64,000 nucleotides of DNA from a virus (lineage: Duplodnaviria; Caudoviricetes), in IMG/VR virus record IMGVR_UViG_3300036827_000034, positions 35 to 64,034 of that record. One strand, written 5' to 3'. Numbering within the stretch: position 1 is the first letter of the stretch; every line of letters starts with the position of its first letter. The notes under the pieces are model-generated. The model was not told the DNA's origin, searched no databases, and saw nothing but the letters and a program-made list of their open reading frames with translations. This document shows, piece by piece, positions 18,675-28,552 of the stretch. The position numbers and the translations under genes are program-made.

Positions 18675-20411
18675 CTAGGTATCGCCAGCGGGTTGCGCGT
18701 TCGGTTGAATACCCCTCGCAAAACTCCAAGTCGAGCCTGCCGGATTACGCAAGCGGCCCTTCGCATAGCGCGTCTCGATCAGGTTATATGCTTGTCCCGA
18801 GCGGGTATCTATCGCGCTCTCTGTCGTGTAGGTCGAGACATCCTGCGCCCTGATCCGGCCCGCAATCGACACCATGCCATCCGCACAGTCAGTGATGGGA
18901 CGGCTGCTATCGATAAATACCAATTGCCCTTCCAAGTCCTGTTCCGGCGTCTCAAGGATTGCTTCGATGTTCGGCCCGGTGAAGAACCCAACCTTGTGAT
19001 TGCTGCTCACCGCCGACAATGCGGAAATAGCTGCAACCGAAATGCTATCGAGCGAGAACGGCAGGGCGTCCAAAGAACCACCGATAGCACCTCCACTGAT
19101 CCACGCATTCGCCCACACCGAACCGACCAGATCAATATGCGTAGCATCCGGTATCGTATAGACCCACGAACCATTGCCCTCGATTGTGCCGACGATGTTC
19201 TGCACCTCGCAGAAGTTCTGCGATGGCACACCAACGGTGCCCAAGCTGAAATTCGCATTCGAGATTGCGTCAAGCTCGAGCCGCACCACCCCGCCCGGTC
19301 CAGCAGCGGTGCCCAATACATGCAGTTGTCCCGGTGCAATCGCGTCCAGTTGCTCGAGTGTCAATCCCGGTCGTGCCAACGCAGACAGATATTCTCCCGA
19401 CAGCGGCAGGATCGTCCATCTGCCGTTTTCGCCAATCGACCAATCGTAGGAAAGCACCTTGTCGAATAGCCCTGCCTGACCGGATTGCGACTTGTATGCC
19501 CAATAGAACCGCGTTGCCGTAGGATCAGCAGCACCGATGACAAGCTGTAGATTTCCCCGATCCACGTCACCGAAGAAGAATCGATCAACCCGTTCCTTGC
19601 CGATCGGACGCGGTGCAGAACCCGGTTCGATAATCTTAAATCCCTGTGCCGAAATAAACGCCGTCTTGTCGCCATTCACTACAGGCGAGTACTGAGCGAA
19701 CAACGGATCGTTCTGCGAGATACGGTTGATCGTGAACGTCACCGCCGAACCCGGTGAATAGGTCAGCATCCGTATCGGTTCGTCTTGGAAGATCACGCCA
19801 TAAGCGTCACCACCTGAAATGCCATGCACCGTGCCGCCATCCGGCAAGTCCTGGAAATCCGACAAGCCAACGCCAGCGGTCCAAGTCTCAGGACCATCCA
19901 AGTCTGACCATTGCACCCGGCGCGGTTCCGAGAGCAAACCCGTCAGCACCACGAACCGATTGATGATCGCGATGTGCGAGGCATTCGGAGGTGAGCCAGC
20001 AAGATCAACAAACAATGTCGCGCTGCTCAGCACGAATTTCTGCGGGACCGTATTGCTCTGAACAGCTATGACGAAATCCGCGAACTGCTCGAACCGCCAA
20101 TTGTCACTCGCTACCAGCGTCGAATAGGCCATGCCACCTTTGGACGTATCATCCCATGCAAAGGTAGTGTTGTTTAATTTGTAGAGCCGCGTTGACGTGC
20201 CAGCGAACACCGCAATCGAGCCATCGCTCTTGCGGGCGAAGAAATAGCCGCGGGCATTGTCAGGAAGCGCCTGTGTGAACTCGGCAAGAGATTTGAACGG
20301 CCCGAATCCGTCAGCCTGCGGAATGCACCCAGAAATCAGGTTGGATACGTTCGTACCCAAATCGCTTAAATCTGGCGCCCACTCAGAGAAACTGATGGTG
20401 GAACCGGCCAT
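18675..20411 (-). CDS. P22 gp10-like head-tail/DNA stabilisation protein
   Basis: FSEWAPD, VQWSDL...W, SDFQDLPDGG, PIGKERVDRFF, SLDALPFSLD. Confidence 0.75.
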   Translation of the reverse strand: MAGSTISFSEWAPDLSDLGTNVSNLISGCIPQADGFGPFKSLAEFTQALPDNARGYFFARKSDGSIAVFAGTSTRLYKLNNTTFAWDDTSKGGMAYSTLVASDNWRFEQFADFVIAVQSNTVPQKFVLSSATLFVDLAGSPPNASHIAIINRFVVLTGLLSEPRRVQWSDLDGPETWTAGVGLSDFQDLPDGGTVHGISGGDAYGVIFQDEPIRMLTYSPGSAVTFTINRISQNDPLFAQYSPVVNGDKTAFISAQGFKIIEPGSAPRPIGKERVDRFFFGDVDRGNLQLVIGAADPTATRFYWAYKSQSGQAGLFDKVLSYDWSIGENGRWTILPLSGEYLSALARPGLTLEQLDAIAPGQLHVLGTAAGPGGVVRLELDAISNANFSLGTVGVPSQNFCEVQNIVGTIEGNGSWVYTIPDATHIDLVGSVWANAWISGGAIGGSLDALPFSLDSISVAAISALSAVSSNHKVGFFTGPNIEAILETPEQDLEGQLVFIDSSRPITDCADGMVSIAGRIRAQDVSTYTTESAIDTRSGQAYNLIETRYAKGRLRNPAGSTWSFARGIQPNAQPAGDT

Positions 20412-20417
20412 GTGACC

Positions 20418-21095
20418 TCAGAACTGCATGGCCCGCATTCGGCCTAGCGTTTGTATCTTATTTGCCTCTCCCTTGAGAGACTTAAATTCGCGCCAAGCAG
20501 CCCCGACAACACCGCCATTCTCAGTAGGCGGAGAAGGCGACATAGCCGTTGCCATAGTCGGATTACGGGTGACATGGACCGCAATCTCATACTTCGCTCG
20601 CGCCCTGATTAGACGTTCACAATCAATCATCCATGGATTATTGGCTTCGATATCAGTCGCAGGTGCAGCGATACGTCTCAAGAGGCCCATCGTCACTGGA
20701 TAAATTGCGGATGGTATCGGTGACAAAATGATTTGGTTCTGCTCGGTCGCATACCAAAGTGGTTGCCCGAGCATGGTGTTGATCTGGTTATAGACCTTCA
20801 GATGCTTCGGATCGCCGCGCGTCATGTGCTGCAAGAACGAGCCGATCTGGATAATCATGTAATCCAGACTGAACATCGTTGCGATGTCGGCTAGATCGAC
20901 GCTGGAATAGTTCGCCTGCCCGACGACCGTATTGAACGTGGTCGGGGCATTGGGGATGGTTTCGTTAAAGCGAAAGCGTTCTTTCTGATAAACCAGAATC
21001 GCATCATTGATCGCGTTCGCAATCTGCGACGTGAGATCAGGGCGATTGATCTCGCTCGCGATCCGCGATTTTAGCGTTGCAAGATCGCCGGCCAT
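20418..21095 (-). CDS. Head-tail adaptor protein
   Basis: LKSRIASEINR.DL...I..AI...FRFNE, LSPIP...Y; position after capsid. Confidence 0.7.
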   Translation of the reverse strand: MAGDLATLKSRIASEINRPDLTSQIANAINDAILVYQKERFRFNETIPNAPTTFNTVVGQANYSSVDLADIATMFSLDYMIIQIGSFLQHMTRGDPKHLKVYNQINTMLGQPLWYATEQNQIILSPIPSAIYPVTMGLLRRIAAPATDIEANNPWMIDCERLIRARAKYEIAVHVTRNPTMATAMSPSPPTENGGVVGAAWREFKSLKGEANKIQTLGRMRAMQF

Positions 21096-21128
21096 AGACT
21101 GCTCCCATACGGGGTGGCCGACAGAAGA

Positions 21129-21596
21129 TCAATCGGCGCCGTTTGCGCTCTGCTTGAGAACGAAGAAACCGATCTTCAGCGTCCCATTGAACACCGAAGA
21201 ACTGGTCTCGGTTGAGTTGCCGACCACGATAACCACCGAACCCGCTCCCGGCGTGATGGTCTTGATGTATGGCTGACCGACCGTCGAAGTACCATACTGC
21301 ACATTGGCAAACACAAGGTCAGCCGCTGCAACCATGTTGTTCGTCAGGGTCAGCGTATATGGCGAACCAGCCGCAGTCGCCAACGCCTCAGTAGTGATGA
21401 TGCCGGAACCTGCCGCATTGAGCGTAGCCGCACCCGCTGTAGCCGTCGCCGTATTGTTCTTCTGGATCAGAACGCCAGTGCGAAAGCCCTGTTGCTGACT
21501 GGCCTTGTTCGTCCCGGTTGTGCCGGGCTGGATGGCGTAGGCAGCGGTGGCGATCAGTGCCAAGGCACTAGCCGCGATCAATAGTTTCCGCATCAT
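21129..21596 (-). CDS. Decoration-like protein with signal peptide (paralogue A)
   Basis: MMRKLLIAASALALIATAAYA; ATLN..SGIITTE.L...YTLTLTN...FNGTLKI.FF. Confidence 0.75.
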   Translation of the reverse strand: MMRKLLIAASALALIATAAYAIQPGTTGTNKASQQQGFRTGVLIQKNNTATATAGAATLNAAGSGIITTEALATAAGSPYTLTLTNNMVAAADLVFANVQYGTSTVGQPYIKTITPGAGSVVIVVGNSTETSSSVFNGTLKIGFFVLKQSANGAD

Positions 21597-21626
21597 GTCA
21601 GCGCCTCGCCGTTATCCGCCGTCAGA

Positions 21627-22040
21627 TCAGGGCCGGACAGTGAAGAAATTGATCTTCAGCGTACCGTTGAAGCTAGTGCTGGTGTTCTGCCGAACGCTGA
21701 TGACCACCTGACCAGCCGTGGTCGTGACCTGTTCGACGTTCGGCGCACCAGTCGTTGCCGTGCCAAGCCCGACAGTCGCCAGAACGATGTCGCCCACCGT
21801 CGCCGCCGAATTGGTCAGCGTCAGCGTGTAGAGCGAGTTGGTCGAGGATGACAGCGTTTCCGTGGTGATGACGCCGCATTTGTTATTGAGCGTGGCCGTC
21901 GCCGCCGTGCCATTGCCCGCCGCAGTGGTCGTGGTGCAGAGGCCCCGCAGATAGCCGTCCAGGGCAATGTCCGCTGCGAATGTCGGCTGCACAAAGGCCA
22001 GCGCCGCCAGAAAAGCCAGACCGAGAATTTTCTTGAGCAT
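21627..22040 (-). CDS. Decoration-like protein with signal peptide (paralogue B)
   Basis: MLKKILGLAFLAALAFVQPTFA; ATLN..CGVITTE.L...YTLTLTN...FNGTLKI.FF. Confidence 0.75.
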   Translation of the reverse strand: MLKKILGLAFLAALAFVQPTFAADIALDGYLRGLCTTTTAAGNGTAATATLNNKCGVITTETLSSSTNSLYTLTLTNSAATVGDIVLATVGLGTATTGAPNVEQVTTTAGQVVISVRQNTSTSFNGTLKINFFTVRP

Positions 22041-22087
22041 TGCCGTGTTTCCTTGTGTCAGACGTGCCGCGTAGTCCTTGGCCGAGC

Positions 22088-22498
22088 TTACGACGCCCAA
22101 CCGCCTTCATACATAATCGTAACGACTGCTGAACCCTTCGTCAGACCGCCCGTTACCATGTAGAAAGGCGCAATGTCAGCCGCCGCAGTCAGGCCGCGTC
22201 CGAGGCCGCGGGGTACGAGCGTAGCGGCAATCGTTGTCTCGTCCACGTCGCCAGCAGCCACGATGTTATTGTACGTCGCGGCGACAGTGCCGATTGTAAG
22301 CACCGAGCCGCCATCGAAGGCGGCAACGATGTCCACCAGAACTCCCATGATATTTGCGCCAGCAGGAAGCGAGTTCTGGAATGCGATACCCGTCGCGATA
22401 CCCGCATCGTTCCAAGTGATGGTCTGCTTGAGCGAATTTATGACCTGCCGCGGATCGACGCGGACGGGAGGTGCAACCTGCGCAGTATTGGTGGTCAT
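22088..22498 (-). CDS. Capsid cement/decoration protein
   Basis: LPAGA.I..V.V....AFD......IG; directly after capsid gene. Confidence 0.65.
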   Translation of the reverse strand: MTTNTAQVAPPVRVDPRQVINSLKQTITWNDAGIATGIAFQNSLPAGANIMGVLVDIVAAFDGGSVLTIGTVAATYNNIVAAGDVDETTIAATLVPRGLGRGLTAAADIAPFYMVTGGLTKGSAVVTIMYEGGWAS

Positions 22499-22556
22499 TG
22501 GTCAAACCCTCCGGGGCGTCAAGTTTAGAGCAGGCGGTTTCCGTTAGCCGTTACGA

Positions 22557-23666
22557 TTAGGTGTGGGCCACGGCGTAGGTCGAGATAACGACCGTGCCAT
22601 AATCCACCGAGTTGTACCGGACCTTCTTCAAGCCGTGGATCGTCCAAGCCGACACCTCGAGGCGCCGCTTGTGATCGAACAGTTCCTCGTTCCAGCGGTA
22701 TTTGTTCGGCCCGTTGTCCTGGCCGAAGGCCATCATGCAGGCTTGGCCGCCGAGCAATACCGCGCGCCGCACCGTCGCAACATCGGTCGTGGTCGCGGAA
22801 ACGCCCGTGGTCACGTCGAAGGCTTGGCGCAGAATGCAGGAATTGTATTCGCCGATCGCGCCGGTATAGACCGGATAGTTCTCGCCACGGCCCATGTAGG
22901 CCGATTTCACGAGGTCGAGCCATTGGCCGGTCGATGTGTTCTTGCGAAGGTCGGTGACTTGGTACGGGTGTAGATATACCACGTACTTGTCGGTGAGCGT
23001 CTTGTTGAAGTCGCGCCGGCCATTCATCCCCATGCCGCCGCCCGAGAACGTGGCAGGGCGAATCTTCGGGGTCGCCGTGATCGCAATTTCCTTGGCATTG
23101 TCGATCAGGTCGAGCGTCATAGTATCGCCGGCAACCAGCAGATCGTCGCTGGCGCGGGCTGACTGACGGGTGATGCGAGACGTGGCAACCGCGGTCGGTG
23201 CCTGCAATCCGGTGAAGCGCACATCGGTCTGCAAGACGTAGCTACAGACCTGATTGAAGAATGCCACCGAGAACCGCTTGGCATACCAATCGGCCAAACC
23301 ACCCTTGGCTTCCTCGCGGAGATCGAACGGCACGCGCTGCTGGTCGATGGAGTTCTTGGACTTCACGCCGACGACATGGCCGAGTTCGTTGATGACCAGA
23401 GCATCGGAATAGGTGGTCAGCGATTCGCCGTTGCCTTCCGCAAGCTGGTTTTCCGTGAAGCCAGCGCCGGACAACTGCATACGGATGCCGTAGGTGATCT
23501 GGTCGCCCGCACCCTTCTGCGTTTCCGTCTTGCGGTGGATGACCGAATTGGCGTCATCGCCGATCAGCGGGCCAATGTCGGTATATTTCAGAGCTTCGTG
23601 ATCGAGGCGCTTCGACCAAAGCTTGACCGCGAGTGCGTCGTTGACGCCATAAGAGGTGGTTGACAT
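22557..23666 (-). CDS. Major capsid protein, N4-gp56 family
   Basis: TSYGVNDALAVKLWS, K.AGD.IT, EGN.E.L, DLR.EAK..L.DW, G.IGEYN, LLGGQA, GLKK..YN..DYG. Confidence 0.92.
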   Translation of the reverse strand: MSTTSYGVNDALAVKLWSKRLDHEALKYTDIGPLIGDDANSVIHRKTETQKGAGDQITYGIRMQLSGAGFTENQLAEGNGESLTTYSDALVINELGHVVGVKSKNSIDQQRVPFDLREEAKGGLADWYAKRFSVAFFNQVCSYVLQTDVRFTGLQAPTAVATSRITRQSARASDDLLVAGDTMTLDLIDNAKEIAITATPKIRPATFSGGGMGMNGRRDFNKTLTDKYVVYLHPYQVTDLRKNTSTGQWLDLVKSAYMGRGENYPVYTGAIGEYNSCILRQAFDVTTGVSATTTDVATVRRAVLLGGQACMMAFGQDNGPNKYRWNEELFDHKRRLEVSAWTIHGLKKVRYNSVDYGTVVISTYAVAHT

Positions 23667-23902
23667 GAGGCACCCTGCGTTCGAGGCCAACCCCAAACGG
23701 GGAAGGCCGGTCAAAGGTCGCTGTTCAGAGGGCGCGCTGATTACCGTTCAGAGCAGACGGCATATCCCTGATATTTGGTGCGGGAAGGACACCAGCCCGT
23801 TAACTCTGTGGGCTAGACGGTCGTGGAAATGTGCTTCGCGTTACTACCTGAGCGACCTAGCGGTTCAAACCGAAGCCCAAACCAAAAGCTGCCCGTAAAT
23901 TC

Positions 23903-23931
23903 TCAATATCACCGTTGGTGGCGCGTGTAAA
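23903..23931 (-). promoter_or_regulatory. Putative sigma70 promoter for capsid gene
   Basis: TTTACA-17nt-TATTGA with extended TG on - strand. Confidence 0.45.
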
Positions 23932-23953
23932 GCGGAACACTATGGATTGGGGT

Positions 23954-25138
23954 TCATCCCCCCATGATCGCTCGTCGCTGGCTTTCGCTCATGCTGTCGA
24001 GCAGCGCGTTGAACTCGTCATCCGGCATATTCGCGAGCCGAGCCGCGTCTAATGTAACCGCGGGCGCTCCACCACCCTGAGACAGCGATAGGGCTGCATC
24101 TTGCCCATTGCGGATACGGGCCAGTTCGGCGGTGACGCTTGGGGCAGCAGGAGCGGCAGCGGCGGGAGGCGCCGCGCTTGCTGTCGGGCGGGCCGCAGGA
24201 GCAGCCGCGCCGTTGGTCGCCGGGGCGGCAGCGGGTGCTTGCGCCGCGGGGGCGGGCGGGCGGAAGCCGCGCATCCGCGCCATCTTGAATACTTCCTGCG
24301 CTGGACTGCGGCCACCCTTGACCGCGTTCTGGACTAGCGCGCGTTCCTCGGCAGTTATTTCATCGGTGATGCGTTTGACCTCCTGTGGAGTCAGATGGGC
24401 ACCCTGTTCGGTCAAGTCCTTGCCGAAGAAATAATGGGCCAGTTCGTTGACCCGCGATTCCATCAGGAATTGATAAGCCGGGACGAAATTCGGTTCCTTG
24501 GCGGCAAATGTATTCGCGTCCTGCAAATACGAATTGTTGAGATTGGTATTCTCGTCGCTCGCCTGCTGGCGCTGCTCTTGCGCCGTTGTGAACTCCTCCA
24601 TCCGCTGGTTCGTTCTCACAAGCTGGCGCTTGAGCCATGCGTTGTGCCCGAAAATATCCTCGTTCGGATCGGGCTCCGGGTCGTCATCCGCAGGCTGTGC
24701 GGCCTGCTGCGGTGGTGCCGTCAGGGCTTCATTGATGATCGCTAGGCGCTCATCGAGCTTTGCCTGATTGACGCGCTGTTGAGCGATCGTGCCCTCGGCG
24801 GCCTCAACCTTCTTCCGAAGCTCATCCGTCTCGCGAGAGTATTTCGACCATGAGACGCGGCGGGGGTGCTGCTGGTCTGCGGGCACTGGCGGTGCGCCGG
24901 GGATAGGCGCGGGAGCCGGTTCGTCGTCATCATCATCCGCTGCGGCTGGGGCGACTGCTGGCGCTGCGGCGACGGGTGCAGGCTCTGGTGTGGCAGGAAC
25001 AGGATCGACCGGGGCAGGACCGCTGGTCGTGGTCTGCATTTCCTGGAATTGCGCCCGTTCCTCGGGAGTAAATCCATCATCGGGAGCATCAGCGGTTTGA
25101 TCGTCCTGGATCACCGCATTCGCACCTTCGTTAGCCAT
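23954..25138 (-). CDS. Scaffolding protein
   Basis: Acidic P/A-rich, PDPNEDIFG, C-terminal LANMPDDEF; between portal and capsid. Confidence 0.75.
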   Translation of the reverse strand: MANEGANAVIQDDQTADAPDDGFTPEERAQFQEMQTTTSGPAPVDPVPATPEPAPVAAAPAVAPAAADDDDDEPAPAPIPGAPPVPADQQHPRRVSWSKYSRETDELRKKVEAAEGTIAQQRVNQAKLDERLAIINEALTAPPQQAAQPADDDPEPDPNEDIFGHNAWLKRQLVRTNQRMEEFTTAQEQRQQASDENTNLNNSYLQDANTFAAKEPNFVPAYQFLMESRVNELAHYFFGKDLTEQGAHLTPQEVKRITDEITAEERALVQNAVKGGRSPAQEVFKMARMRGFRPPAPAAQAPAAAPATNGAAAPAARPTASAAPPAAAAPAAPSVTAELARIRNGQDAALSLSQGGGAPAVTLDAARLANMPDDEFNALLDSMSESQRRAIMGG

Positions 25139-25472
25139 GTGTCGATTTCCTCTTTACGAAGTCCCCGATATTGCTCCAAGTCATCGCATCCGGGACACCC
25201 TCGCAAATATCGCCTGATCGGGCATGTCTGCACTCGATCCAGCCTAGCGGGGGATCATCCTCCGACGATGAAACGGTCAAATCGAACTCTCCAAATGATA
25301 AAACAACTTGTTCCCGAAACTTGCCGAGCGGATTTCTACGCCCATTGGGCAAATCGGGCAATGGTTCGGCCTGATGGATATTCGTTCCGTCCCAACTGAA
25401 TAGGCCGGATAGATGGTTCTCGAAAAATGATCGCGCGTTGCCGAGCAATGCTCTGCGGGCTGTGGTGGTCAA
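25131..25472 (-). CDS. Hypothetical protein
   Basis: TTGA overlap with portal stop. Confidence 0.55.
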   Translation of the reverse strand: MTTTARRALLGNARSFFENHLSGLFSWDGTNIHQAEPLPDLPNGRRNPLGKFREQVVLSFGEFDLTVSSSEDDPPLGWIECRHARSGDICEGVPDAMTWSNIGDFVKRKSTHG

Positions 25473-27838
25473 GGTTGCGGTGCCGTAACTGGAGTCCGTT
25501 CAATCTGTCTCGCAGCGGCATGATCCTTGGTGGCGGCTGCAACATCTCGATGTGCTTTCGTCACTGCGCCTAAATGGTCGATCAATTGGCTGGTTCGATC
25601 CGTGGTCATGCCGTGGACGGCTTGAAGGTGTTTGGTGGCCGCGTCATGGGCCTGTGCATCCGAATTGGCAAGGTCGGTGTGGACGCCTGCCAATTCCCGA
25701 ACCGTTTGGGCATGAGTATGGGCGGTATCGGCGGCGATCTTGTCGCCTTGGGCTTGGGTCTGCCGAGCCTTGATCGCCAATTCCATTGCCTTCAAATGTG
25801 CAGCCAAGCCTTCGGAATCGTTCTTAGACAGAAGATTGCGCGCCATAGCGATGTCGTAAACCGCGGTGGATTGCGTAGCCCCAGCCTTGGCATCGTTCAT
25901 TTCGGCAATCGACTGATCCTTGTTGATCGAAGCCACCGCGCCGGCAATCTGCAACTGCCTGTTTTCCTGCTGCTCTTGCTGGTTCTTCGGATCGTTCTGG
26001 CCCTGCTTGATGAAAGCCTTGACCGCTTCGACCACGCGCGATGGCAATGGCGAGTATTCAAGCAGCATCGCGAATACTTCGGGATTGCTCATCAACTGGT
26101 CTTTGAAGATCGCGAGCATCGGCTGAATAATCGCCCAATTCGCTTCCTTCTGGTTCGGTGAAGTCGGCGTGTCGTCAACGATCACATCGTATTCACCAAC
26201 CGTCTTGTCCTTCGCCAAGGCGACAACCTTCGCCTCGTCATTGCCGACCACGCGAATCAGCCTGCCATCCGATAGGAAGTTCTGGATGAAAAAGAGCCGA
26301 GCGCGTCCGGTCTGTTTGCGGAAACGCCTCAATGAATCGAACAACGTCGCCAGCACCGTCATGCCAGCTTGTTTACGCATCGCCTCGAGGATGCCGGGCT
26401 GGTTCTGGTCCTGCTGGCCGAGTAATTCGAGATTGATACCCGTCACGTCCTTGATCGAGGAAATGGCGAACTGCATCAGCCCCAAATGCCCTTCCACAAC
26501 ACCAGAACCGGGCTTCGGCATGATCTTCGGGTTTGGCCCTGATAGCGCACCATCCGCCGCCCATGAAATCGCATCCGGTTGCGCGTAGCTATCTTCGGCT
26601 TCGCGCTCATCATCGAATGCAGCCCGTTCTGCAATGATGCCGCCCTTCGCCGTGGTGTTCAGTATATGCAGGACTTGGCTCAACCACTTGTTCGCCCATT
26701 GCTGCGGGTCTTTCATCACCGCGACGAGGCCAAACCAAGTGCCCTTCACCGCGTCCAATTCGCCAGTGATGAACTTCCATGTGAATTGTCCCGCTATCGG
26801 GGCAGGCCCAGCAGGACGCAGCATCACGTCCTGCGCTCCAAGGAATGCCTGCTTGTAAATCTTGCGGGTCAGCTTCGCGGCATCGACGCTCATGCCGAGC
26901 ATCTGCATCCGCTTCTCGAAGGTCCGATATTGCTGATCGCTCAGTTCGGCCTTCGAGTTGGTCATTGGATCGGCAACCAGCCAATACGTTTCAAACTCGA
27001 TCCATTGCATCTGGACGATAGTGACTTCGCACTGATCGTCGTAAGGCAAATCCATCGTATTGTTGGTGTCGCGCTTCCATTTCTGTTCCAAAGATTTCTG
27101 TGGATAATCCAGCGGGCCGTCGATTGCCCACACCGCATCAAGCTGCTCGCGGGTGAAGCCGGGGAACATTCGCATCGCATCGCCAAGCGGCATCCGGCGA
27201 ACGCGAGAGAAGCGGCGGCTGTCGGACAGGTTCTTTTTCCGTGCCGTCCGGTCCCAATACATTTCAAGGCACATCACCTGTTCTTCGACGTATAGGCCCA
27301 TCGGGTCGTCATCGAAGGACATGCGGTTTTCGCAAACGCCTAGCCCCGTAGTGCAGCATTGATCGAACGCTTGGCTTTCCTCGTCCTCGCCATCGCAGCT
27401 ATCCGCCATCCATTTCGATGCAGCGGAAAGCACTTCATTGATCGCTGTATCTTCGGAGTTTCGGGGAATGAAATGAATCTCGTGCCGCCCGTTGATCTCC
27501 ATGCCAGCCACGGCTTTTAGGATCGTCAGGACGCGGTTGAAAACGATGTGCGGGCGCTGCTGGTTGTCGAGGGTGGATTTGTCCTCTGGCGTCCATTGTT
27601 CGCCGGCTCGGAACTGGAACATGAGGCGAGCCTGTGCCCGCCAATCCCGCGAGAAATCGGCATCCGATTTCCACCAGCCGGACAGGACTGTGAATTGACG
27701 AGTAGGGGAAAGCTTCGATGGCGGCAGAAGGTCGATGTTCAATGCCTGATCGGCGGCCTTATCCAAATCGTCAGGATTAGCGGCAGGATCAATGGCGATC
27801 CCATCGCTCGGCTTGGCATCGACCATTTCCAAGGCCAC
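25469..27838 (-). CDS. Portal protein (P22-like)
   Basis: F..GEQW, RPHIVFNR, AVAGME, YWD..AR...LSD, GLV..MKDPQ...NK, VTGIN..LLG, G.YDVIVD..P. Confidence 0.92.
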   Translation of the reverse strand: MALEMVDAKPSDGIAIDPAANPDDLDKAADQALNIDLLPPSKLSPTRQFTVLSGWWKSDADFSRDWRAQARLMFQFRAGEQWTPEDKSTLDNQQRPHIVFNRVLTILKAVAGMEINGRHEIHFIPRNSEDTAINEVLSAASKWMADSCDGEDEESQAFDQCCTTGLGVCENRMSFDDDPMGLYVEEQVMCLEMYWDRTARKKNLSDSRRFSRVRRMPLGDAMRMFPGFTREQLDAVWAIDGPLDYPQKSLEQKWKRDTNNTMDLPYDDQCEVTIVQMQWIEFETYWLVADPMTNSKAELSDQQYRTFEKRMQMLGMSVDAAKLTRKIYKQAFLGAQDVMLRPAGPAPIAGQFTWKFITGELDAVKGTWFGLVAVMKDPQQWANKWLSQVLHILNTTAKGGIIAERAAFDDEREAEDSYAQPDAISWAADGALSGPNPKIMPKPGSGVVEGHLGLMQFAISSIKDVTGINLELLGQQDQNQPGILEAMRKQAGMTVLATLFDSLRRFRKQTGRARLFFIQNFLSDGRLIRVVGNDEAKVVALAKDKTVGEYDVIVDDTPTSPNQKEANWAIIQPMLAIFKDQLMSNPEVFAMLLEYSPLPSRVVEAVKAFIKQGQNDPKNQQEQQENRQLQIAGAVASINKDQSIAEMNDAKAGATQSTAVYDIAMARNLLSKNDSEGLAAHLKAMELAIKARQTQAQGDKIAADTAHTHAQTVRELAGVHTDLANSDAQAHDAATKHLQAVHGMTTDRTSQLIDHLGAVTKAHRDVAAATKDHAAARQIERTPVTAPQP

Positions 27839-27855
27839 GGCAGAAACCCCTCAGA

Positions 27856-28425
27856 TCAGGCGCGATTGCCCCGCAGGCGACGTTTCGGTTGATGCGTTTC
27901 TTCTTCGGATTGTCTTTTTGCGCGCTGCATTTCATCATTCATTTTCTGTAGCTTGTCATTGTTCGGAAGGAGTATCGCGTCCACTTTTCCTTCAAGCGCG
28001 GTTACTCGGCCATCCTGAATATCCAGCAGGGATAGTACCGATTCGCCTTCCGGCATCTGGAAATCGCCGCAGACCATGGCCGTCAGCACATCGAGCTTGT
28101 TACGCAATTGCGCATTTTCCTCGCGCAATGCGGCAATCTCATCCGTCACCTGATCCGGCAAATATGACCAGCCCCGATCACCAGCCACATGCTCTGGGAC
28201 ACTCGGCTGCGTAATCATGTCCGCAGCCTCGAACATCACCATCAACTCAAGCCGCCGATTGTGTTCATCGACCGCAAGAACGATAGCCGGAATTTCGGTG
28301 CGCCCCCGCCGTATCTCGCTCGGACGCGGATGGTAAACCACAGGCTGTCCGATACGAGGCAATGGGCGCCGATCATCAATCTGGCGTGCGGCTTCTGGAT
28401 TTACGGTCGCAAGAAGGTGGCCCAT
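27856..28425 (-). CDS. Hypothetical protein
   Basis: P.IGQ.V.Y...PAIV; coiled-coil C-terminus. Confidence 0.65.
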   Translation of the reverse strand: MGHLLATVNPEAARQIDDRRPLPRIGQPVVYHPRPSEIRRGRTEIPAIVLAVDEHNRRLELMVMFEAADMITQPSVPEHVAGDRGWSYLPDQVTDEIAALREENAQLRNKLDVLTAMVCGDFQMPEGESVLSLLDIQDGRVTALEGKVDAILLPNNDKLQKMNDEMQRAKRQSEEETHQPKRRLRGNRA

Positions 28426-28552
28426 GAATTGTCCTTTGGTTATTTGCGGCAGGATACGCGAAATTAAGCCGCTAGGCTATTGCCGCTTTGTTCGACGCTC
28501 ATGTTCTACCTCGTAAACCAGAACGCAACGAGGAATGCGGGGAGGGATTGGG

